A DNA stretch of 63,143 nt, the filler included, from Octopus bimaculoides (lineage: Eukaryota): the NCBI RefSeq assembly GCF_001194135.2. It is 9 parts of 9 records of this genome, joined end to end, with 100 filler letters (N's around TTAATTAATTAA, not from the genome) between each part and the next. Parts side by side here need not be neighbours in the genome. Positions count along the whole stretch, not along the records: positions 52,853 to 58,479 come from NC_068989.1; positions 58,580 to 63,143 come from NW_026340231.1; 7 more parts are not named here. One strand, given 5' to 3'. The position numbers and the translations under genes are program-made. Below the pieces are notes generated by a model. It searched no databases, was not told the origin of the DNA, and saw only the letters and a list, made by a program, of their open reading frames with translations. The number at the start of each line of letters is the position of its first letter. Within the stretch, counting starts at the first letter, position 1. Below, piece after piece: positions 53,830-63,143 of the stretch.

Positions 53830-54327
53830 TCTATTTATTCTTCCCAAATGCTTCCAAATAAAACTGATCAAAAATATACCCAGAAGAACAAGGAATACGC
53901 AGAGAAAGGACAATTGTAAAAAAAATCTAAATAGAATTTCAACAATTGCGACCTGGGTAGGTACAAATTAAGAAAAGGTCAGATTTGTGGATGAAAGAAT
54001 GGAATTGGAAATTTCGAAGAAGACCTAGACCTACTAAATCCTCTCGGGAATGTAGTTAACAGGGATACGATAATCGTTTCATTTGATGCTGTAAATCTTT
54101 ATAGAACAATCCCACACGAATACGGACACAAAGCAATAGACCTTTGCCGAAGGAAACTCCCTGATGAAACACCGGACGGAATTTCTTCGGAGGGATTGCA
54201 TTTCATCCTTCGAATCAAATTCTTTATTTTCGAGATAAACACCAACCTACAAATATCTGGGACTGCGATGAATACAGAATTTACGCCAGCATACACCAAC
54301 TTCGTCATAGCATATCTAGAGGTTTAG
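53830..54327 (+). mobile_element. Penelope-like reverse transcriptase fragment (absent from the ORF track)
   Basis: Open frame 53995-54324: IVSFDAVNLYRTIPHEYGHKAI...LQISGTAMNTEFTPAYTNFVIAYLE, matching SFDVxNLYTNIP and QxxGTAMGTxxAPxYANLxMGYLE. Confidence 0.85.
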
Positions 54328-56161
54328 ATGGTGAACAACATTCAATCCTCCCCTATCAATGTTTCTTTTAGTCCAGTCGTTAATGCCTTTGTTCTCTTCG
54401 TACAATTTCTGTTTTAAAAAACGCAACGTAGAGATTTTACAAACTATTCAGAGCTAGTCGTTGTCAAGTCAACTGATCTGACTTCTTGCGCGGATGCTTC
54501 AGGATAATTTTAGCTTGTTGGTAATGAAATACATATCATTTATACCTTACTTCTACTGTACGTGGAGTGGGCTGTAAATATCTCCATGATAGAACAATCG
54601 TGAGACAAGTAACATCAGCTTTGCGAAAAATTCACACATCTTGTTATCTTTTCTAGTGAAATTTAGTTCCTAGGTTACAGCTATTGATATGTTTGTTTTG
54701 ACTGTTGTGAATTTGTCCTGCATTTATTCAATGTATGAGACTTGGTTCCTATTTCTTGCAGGTAGATATCCGCGTAGGGGATTCATGAGACAGTTGATGT
54801 ATTTGCTAATATTTTGTATTTTCTCTGTTCATAAAGTTCAAGATGTCACCTGAAAATGCTTGGTTTGCATATCATTGCTTTCTACTATTGAAATTTAGTG
54901 GACTTAGATCAAAAGTTACTAGATACCCAGTCATTTATTCATTACAAATTTCTCCGTCCTCTTATAACTATGATCTATATTTAAATGTAACATCCAGATT
55001 ATGCTAAGGCTGCAAGCTCATGGTCATATATCTGAAATAGTGACAGAATTTGAATAGTAAATCTTTCACCTCCATAACATGTAATACGCTTTATTAATTC
55101 AGCTTTGTATGTATTATCTGAAGTTGAAGAAACCGGTTATGCTGCTATCAGAGTTACGTTCATTAACGTGAAATTTGCAGCGTAAATAATGGGCTCTCTT
55201 TGTTGTTCTTATATAACTCCTTCATAGGTCTCGAACAACGCCCATGATCGGTTTCCCGCCTCTCTGACACTCCTGGAAAGAATAAACAATAAACGGAGTT
55301 ATTCTCTTATTTGAGACGTGGCACGAATGTTTGAAATACCACTAAAAACAATTATTAGACTCTTGGCAGTGATAGCCCATGAATTAAATTACGGTTATCA
55401 AGAAACAAGAATCTTCAATTACAGGACTTTCCACTCAACATCCGTATACGAAATATAACTCAAACTATTTTGATCTACTCAGTGTATTGGTTTACAAGAT
55501 ATTTTTCAAGGAAGCAGAGTACCGCATTTATATTTGATTATATATAATACGTAAATGAAGGATCAACAGATCTTTTGCCGAGATATACAATATCACACTG
55601 TTATAAACATTTTATATTTGTTTTGTTTTGTTTTTGTTTTTGTTTTTGGTTTCAGTCTATAACAAATTACTATTTCAAGATATCAGTTACTACATTTTAT
55701 TGATAAGTCACCGGAAATCTAAGTATTGAATACTAATTACAAATTTTGGTTAACATAAACTACGACTTATTATTAATACTACAGAAAGATGCCTCAATCC
55801 ATTGACTTTCGATTGTTCAAAATTGAATAATAATTGTATGTCTCTATCAATAAACACATCGAAATATTAATATCGCCGGCAAAGTCTGGAATCTACGTCT
55901 ATACTGAATTGCGTACCATAGAATTACCAATGACAAACACAATTACCATCAAATTTCATCGCCTATAAGCGCACACACACAAACCCACATACACGCTCTA
56001 AACACCACCGTATGTACGTATATCTATCTATATATATAGATAGATATATAGATAGATAGATACACATATATACTCATATACGTATATATAAATGAATATA
56101 TATACATCTATGTTTATATATACATACATATATATGTATATACATATATACATATATATAT

Positions 56162-56246
<85 letters not shown>

Positions 56247-56829
56247 AATAAATATACATATGTATGTACGCCCTATGTATATATACATACATACATTTGT
56301 ATACACACATTTATTATTTCGCATATTCAATTACATACCTGTGAAGATGTCTGTTTCAACTTGCGAATCGTCGTAGAAATACACTTGTTTAACGTGTGTG
56401 TGTGTGTATGTGTTTGTGTGCGTGTGCGTGTGCGTGCGCGTGTGTGTATGTGTGTGTGAGTGCATTTGTTTTTTTGTGTATGTGTATGTGCGCTTGTTTG
56501 TGTGTGTGCATGTGTTTGTGTGAACGTGTGTCTTCGCGTGCGCGTATAAATATACATAGCTAGAGTGTGAGAGAGAATAGATAGATAAGTAGATAGATTG
56601 ACATATAGACAGATACATACATAGATCGGTGGAATAAACTGCTATGAAAGACATAAGTTGCCAGTTTCCATGAATTTTATAATGAATTTGCCTCTGTTCT
56701 TAATACTGTGTCATCCAATCGGTAAAAGCTTCATTTTTATTCTTAATCATGCTCTAGTTTGATAACCTTAACTTACTCTTTAGAAAGATGACGAAGAGAA
56801 AGGTGTAAGAAGGTATATAGACATATAAG

Positions 56830-56890
<61 letters not shown>

Positions 56891-57831
56891 NNNNNNNNNN
56901 NNNNNNNNNNNNNNNNNNNNNNNNNNNNNNNNNNNNNNNNNNNNNNNNNNNNNNNNNNNNNNNNNNNNNNNNNNNNNNNNNNNNNNNNNNNNNNNNNNNN
57001 NNNNNNNNNNNNNNNNNNNNNNNNNNNNNNNNNNNNNNNNNNNNNNNNNNNNNNNNNNNNNNNNNNNNNNNNNNNNNNNNNNNNNNNNNNNNNNNNNNNN
57101 NNNNNNNNNNNNNNNNNNNNNNNNNNNNNNNNNNNNNNNNNNNNNNNNNNNNNNNNNNNNNNNNNNNNNNNNNNNNNNNNNNNNNNNNNNNNNNNNNNNN
57201 NNNNNNNNNNNNNNNNNNNNNNNNNNNNNNNNNNNNNNNNNNNNNNNNNNNNNNNNNNNNNNNNNNNNNNNNNNNNNNNNNNNNNNNNNNNNNNNNNNNN
57301 NNNNNNNNNNNNNNNNNNNNNNNNNNNNNNNNNNNNNNNNNNNNNNNNNNNNNNNNNNNNNNNNNNNNNNNNNNNNNNNNNNNNNNNNNNNNNNNNNNNN
57401 NNNNNNNNNNNNNNNNNNNNNNNNNNNNNNNNNNNNNNNNNNNNNNNNNNNNNNNNNNNNNNNNNNNNNNNNNNNNNNNNNNNNNNNNNNNNNNNNNNNN
57501 NNNNNNNNNNNNNNNNNNNNNNNNNNNNNNNNNNNNNNNNNNNNNNNNNNNNNNNNNNNNNNNNNNNNNNNNNNNNNNNNNNNNNNNNNNNNNNNNNNNN
57601 NNNNNNNNNNNNNNNNNNNNNNNNNNNNNNNNNNNNNNNNNNNNNNNNNNNATATATATATATATATATATATATACACAAATACATATACAAATATATA
57701 TACAAATATATATACATATATATATAAATATATATGTATGTATATATATCGATGTATTTATTATTTATGTATATGTATACATACACAGATGAGAACATAT
57801 ACATATTTATGAATTCAACCACACACTCACG

Positions 57832-57866
<35 letters not shown>

Positions 57867-58436
57867 CATCAACATTTATACGTCTATGTGTATGCATCTT
57901 ATGTATTATATACTCATTCATATATAATATATATATATGCATGTGTGTGTCTCTATGTGTGTGTGAGTGAGAGAGAGAATGCCTGCGTCTGTACGCGTGT
58001 GTATGCGCGCAGGCGAGTCTGTCTGTGCGTGTGCATGTGCTGGGTGGGGTGTACGGTGCTTATATGTTTGTGTTATATTAATAGGCTAATACAAAATCTA
58101 ATAATCGTCGACGCACCACGAGACAATAACAAAAAGTAAATTTATCAGACTTCTTTCTGATCTTATACCTGATATGATCCGAATAAAGAATATATCAGTT
58201 ACGTTTGTAATATTTTAAGTGGAGAACATTGAAGGAATCAGAAACGCTTCATTAATTAATTATTTGTGGTTTCGTTTGAACGGTTTCTTTTTTCAGATTT
58301 TCTTTTTGTATGAAACCATATGATAACCTAACTCTGGAAATTAATTTCACATGTATGTTGAAACAAAAACCGATATACACCAACACACATATACAAATAT
58401 ATACACAGGCACACATACTGGAATTTATACACATAG

Positions 58437-58479
<43 letters not shown>

Positions 58480-59040
58480 NNNNNNNNNNNNNNNNNNNNN
58501 NNNNNNNNNNNNNNNNNNNNNNNTTAATTAATTAANNNNNNNNNNNNNNNNNNNNNNNNNNNNNNNNNNNNNNNNNNNNACGTACATAGGTACATACATT
58601 CATACATACAAACATGCTTGCATACATACATACATACATGCATGCATACATAGATAAATACATACGTACATACATACATACATGCATACATGCATACATA
58701 CACAATACATACATACATGCATGCATACATAGATACATACGTACGTACATACATACATGCATACATACATGTATGCATGGATACATACATACATACATAC
58801 ATACATACACATGTACGTACGTAATACATACTTTCATACATGCCTGCATATATACATACGTAGTACGTACATACAGACATGCATACGTAGTACATTTATA
58901 CATACGTACATACGTACATACAAACATACACACTAAGAGCTGTCTCGAGAGTAATACAAAAGTGGGCATAACTTTTTTTTTTATTAACTAAAATAGGGCG
59001 TTCAGTTTACGTTGCTAGGGCAAGTCTTCCTTTACAATAT

Positions 59041-59172
59041 CTCTTCTTCTTCTTCTTCTTCTTCTTCTTCTTCTTCTTCTTCTTCTTCTTCTTCTTCTTC
59101 TTCTTCTTCTTCTTCTTCTTCTTCTTCTTCTTCTTCTTCTTCTTCTTCTTCTTCTTCTTCTTCTTCTCCTCC
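59041..59172. repeat. Long pure (TTC)n trinucleotide tract, roughly 40 units
   Basis: Direct reading. Confidence 0.97.
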
Positions 59173-59403
59173 TCCGTTGCAAACAAATAAGCTGCATGCA
59201 GAAGCAACGCGCTGTCATTGACTTCTCGGAGTAAGTGTGGGTACGGATTGTCCGACAAACACCAAAGCCTACTGTTTGCTTACGTACTTAACTCCTCTGA
59301 CGACTGATGTGCACAGATGGTTGAATTAGTTTTACCCTTCAAAATTTCGGTTACTCAAGCGAAGGCAATGCTTATTTATTCCCATTGTTTCAAATTGCTT
59401 CAA

Positions 59404-59566
59404 GCGCAGGCGTGGCTGTGAGTTAAGAAGTTTGCTTCCCAACCACATGGTTCCGGGTTCGGTCCCACTGCGTGGCACCTTGGGTGAGTGTCTTCTACTA
59501 TAGCTTCGGTCTGACCAAAGCTTTATGAGTGGATTTGGTAGACGGAAACTGAAAGATGCCCATCGT
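59404..59566 (+). mobile_element. SINE family A head (young)
   Basis: GCGCAGGCGTGGCTGTGAGTTAAGAAG...GGTTCGGTCCCACTGCGTGGCACC...GGAAACTGAAAG. Confidence 0.85.
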
Positions 59567-59861
59567 ATATATATATATATAACAAATGATATATAAGCAT
59601 ATGCATGTATATATAGATGCATATTCGGATACAGGACATTAGAAAAATGAACGGGGGTATAAAAAAAAACGGACTTTGTTTACAGACAAAAGAACGAACA
59701 CATAGGAAAACAAACAAGCCACTTGGAATTATTCCTTCATCAGCTGCCTCTATTCTAAAACTAGGCGTTTCGAAATACACAATTGCAGCGTGGAAGATGT
59801 TTATAAGCCATTTAAAATAACACACAAAAACCGTTAGATTCACTTCAACATTTAAATTTAA

Positions 59862-59914
59862 TTTGCCAAAATATTTTCGTCGCTTTGAGACCGCGGCCTG
59901 TTCACTGTCAAAAT
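59862..59914 (-). ncRNA. Hammerhead-like motif with G3-C8 core variant (tentative)
   Basis: UUUGACA GUGAACA G GCCGC-GGUCUCAAA-GCGAC GAAA AUAU UU UGGCAAA. Confidence 0.35.
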
Positions 59915-60479
59915 TCTGTGCTGCATCAACAAGAAAAGACGATATCTGACAACCCTGATATTGAAAATATTTTACATTAAGTTCTATCTGTCTGGTGTAC
60001 GTGAATGCTCCTAAGGAGATTGCTGCTTGTTGGATGTTTCTTTATGCAAGACCTTTCGCTTTATTTATATCGAGACTTATACTCGCACATTTATATGCGT
60101 CGCGAAAAATATCGGTAAATTTCCTACTGCTTTTCTGCTGCAATCGCACTAAAAACTCTGGCATCATTTGTGTACCGAAATCCAATAACTGATCTAGTTA
60201 GGATCTTTGTTCTTCTGGCACGAAACTTGTGTCAGGGTTGAATAACTTCGCCATCTGTACGTTATGAGATCTGGATGCCAGGTAGGTGTTGGCTCATACT
60301 GAGTACTAGCTGAGAGGAAAATGAAAAAAATAGTGTGAAGCAAATTATTGCATATCTACATTACACCGGTTCTCACTTCAAACTGATCTTATGGAAGACT
60401 GGCACTCTACATCGGCTTTTCATGTTCTGCCAGAAGCCGCGAGATTACAAAGGATTTTTTTGTCTTTTCTTTTAATTAG

Positions 60480-60603
60480 CTGCCAAGTTTGGTTAGCACT
60501 TTTCACAGAGCTTCACAATTTGCGGTATCAAATGCATTGGCGAGGTCAAAGAAAGCCATTTTTCAAACGTTTGTGCTACTTGTTGTTATTTCTCCTGGAA
60601 CTG
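60480..60603 (+). CDS. Candidate exon with a signal-peptide-like start (MHWRGQRKPFFKRLCYLLLFLLEL from 60532)
   Basis: Strong pyrimidine tract + TTAG acceptor and CTG|GTAAGA donor; no homology recognised. Confidence 0.25.
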
Positions 60604-60701
60604 GTAAGAACAGAAGTTTATATAAATAGTGGCTCTGGAAGGCCGCAAACCAGTTTGGGTTGTAGCTAGGTGATTCTCCGGCTGTGCGATCAGTCGGTTA
60701 A

Positions 60702-60734
<33 letters not shown>

Positions 60735-60966
60735 TATNNNNNNNNNNNNNNNNNNNNNNNNNNNNNNNNNNNNNNNNNNNNNNNNNNNNNNNNNNNNNNN
60801 NNNNNNNNNNNNNNNNNNNNNNNNNNNNNNNNNNNNNNNNNNNNNNNNNNNNNNNNNNNNNNNNNNNNNNNNNNNNNNNNNNNNNNNNNNNNNNNNNNNN
60901 NNNNNNNNNNNNNNNNNNNNNNNNNTATATACGCGTACACGTACACACGCGCGCGTGTGTGCGCAC

Positions 60967-61005
<39 letters not shown>

Positions 61006-61805
61006 CACATACAAATATATACATACATACTTTCATAAATACAATTATACACACGCTCACATATGTGCACGCATATAGTGGGCCCAAATGCCACAGTATC
61101 TATTTCTCTAACGGCGCTCTAACCACGCCCATCACACCTACCATTTTCTAACTCAATGAATCTCAAGTTTTCAATCATGCATATCACGTTATCGATTGGG
61201 ATGTGATTTCAAATCCCGCTGGAGTGACTTTGATTTCTATTTCGTGGAATTCCGATTGATAAAATAATTAGTAATTTTCATGTTGTGAGATCAAACCCCA
61301 GCGGGATTATGTGTGATCTCAGGACCTCCTGGGGGTGGGGTTAGATAAAGCAAAGTATATTATTATACTGAAGTTATTTTAATCCTGGGTGTTAGTATGC
61401 TTCTCACCCCCCCTCTCTCTCTCTCTCTCTCTCTTGCACCCATTCTTTCTTTTTTCTTTCTCTTCTCTTTCACTCTTAAGCGCCTTTTTCAATCTCTATT
61501 TCTCTTTCTCTCTATTCGCTCTTTTTATCTCTCTTTCTTTCTCTCTCTTTGTCTCTCCTTCTCCCTATATCCCTTTCTCTTTTTCCCGTTCTCTTCCTTT
61601 TTCTCCCTCTCTATCCCTGTCTATCTTTGTCTGTCTGCTATTCCTCTCTCTCTCATACACACACACTCCCTCTCTTTCTCTTTCTATTCCTCTCTCTCAT
61701 TCTCTCTCATCGTCAGACGAAGTGGAAGGCCTCTTTTCATTAGGACATTTGAACTTAACCAAATTACAAGCACGTGAGCATACACATATGCACACGCACA
61801 CACAC

Positions 61806-61844
<39 letters not shown>

Positions 61845-61983
61845 TGTTCGCATGTGTGCATGCATGCATGTCTGTACATGAATATAATATGGATGTACGA
61901 ACATGTATCATGCATGTATTGTCAATATGCATATATGTATGCATGTATGTACGTACTTATCTTTATATGAATGTATGTATGTA

Positions 61984-62578
61984 CAGAGTGGCCCAAAAGT
62001 AGGTTTTACAGTTATTCAACTATCTATTTCGCATTCATATATTAACAGTTTAGATCTTAATTATAAAACTAGAGCACTCAGAGAGCGCAAATCTCCGCCA
62101 AGTCGACACCAATGTCCTCTCAACGATTAGCCAAAGATGATTTTTAAAATGAGAATATCTGAAATAAACTCGACTGCTCTCACAAACGCGAATACTAAAA
62201 ATGAACCCGACCGTTCTCAAAAATTAAGTTAAAAAACAGGAAAAATAATCCAGAATCCTTGTCCAGTACCGGATCGATCCCCAAATCTAATTAGTTCGTG
62301 CCAGTCACGAAGAAAAACATACCCGAAAGTTTCGTCCGAATCATCTTGAGATATCTTGTCCACGGACAAACAAACTAACAAACACGACTGAAAACAATAC
62401 CTTCGCCTTCGCTAAGGTGAAGGCAAAAATATGAAACCATCATTCTATGCTAATTTAGTTAATTTTGTCAAGCTCCCTTTTCAGTTTGTAAGATAGAAAT
62501 TTAAATGTAATAAAATATTTTAAAAGAAATTTAAAGTGCCTATGTGAATAACTGTAAACCTACTTTTGGAGTATCCGG
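61984..62578. mobile_element. Tc1/mariner-type MITE with TA target duplications
   Basis: TA|CAGAGTGGCCCAAAAGTAGGTTTTACAGTTATTCA ... TGAATAACTGTAAACCTACTTTTGGAGTATCCGG|TA. Confidence 0.8.
62068..62426 (+). mobile_element. Helentron/DINE-like non-autonomous element nested in the MITE
   Basis: Starts ACTAGAGCACTCAGAGAGCGCAAATCTCCGCC; ends in the hairpin CCTTCGCCTT-CGCT-AAGGTGAAGG within an A-rich site. Confidence 0.55.
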
Positions 62579-62770
62579 TATTATTCATGTAGGCAGGCAG
62601 GTATGCATGGACGTACGCGTGCATATATATATACATATATATTTAAAATCCAAAAAGGGGCAAGAACGCAAAACATCCAGACAGTTAGGTGATACAAGAA
62701 AGGGACAACAAAACATCAAGATTGACGATACAAAGGAAACAAGGACAGGTCATTCGGAGTTTTCTTTCCT

Positions 62771-62802
<32 letters not shown>

Positions 62803-63070
62803 CGTGTGTGCGTGTGCGTGTGCGCGCGCGTACGACTATGCGCGCGTGCTTATAATTTGGTTAAGTTTAAACCTTATAATGAAAATGCCCTCTCTAAAAT
62901 CTATGGATTTTGCAAATCATATTTGTAATATCCTACGGATGGGGGAATGCAACAAGTAGAGCATTAGCTATGTGGAAACGTACGTAGCAACGCATTAAAG
63001 AATTTATGAATTTCCACCTACAGGTTCTAGCTATTATTATATCTATCTATCTATCTACCTACCTACCTAC

Positions 63071-63108
<38 letters not shown>

Positions 63109-63143
63109 GTCTATCTATCTGTCTATATATATATATATATATA

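Noticed and set aside
59007-59258. Poly-K/R/E ORF as the missing MYO6 SAH exon
   Set aside because: Pure (TTC)n microsatellite on a different scaffold.
61212-61308. AATCCCGCTGG / CCAGCGGGATT foldback
   Set aside because: Short; explainable by degenerate SINE family C heads.

Overview
Non-bacterial, AT-rich, microsatellite-saturated draft sequence. The repeat content looks cephalopod/Octopus-like, which is an inference from recalled repeat families and was not checked. The window is a concatenation of nine small scaffolds joined by eight artificial 100-bp spacers (44 N + TTAATTAATTAA + 44 N), so linkage across spacers is unproven. The only confidently identified host gene is the tail of myosin VI (MYO6): four minus-strand exons at 50450-50528, 49215-49473, 47450-47575 and 44915-45127, covering the SAH end, the RRL motif and the WWY cargo-binding domain. 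The rest is retroelement and MITE debris: Penelope-like RT and GIY-YIG, Tx1/L1, RTE, R4/Dong, three tRNA-derived SINE families, and piggyBac- and Tc1-type MITEs. Most long ORFs in the track are microsatellite or N artefacts. The most interesting signal is a set of minimal type I hammerhead ribozyme (HHR) motifs with palindromic stem III. One is canonical and one is a degenerate sister copy; both are sense to MYO6 and bracket three exons. Others are candidate core variants with covarying U3-A8 and G3-C8 pairs. No activity can be shown from sequence alone.
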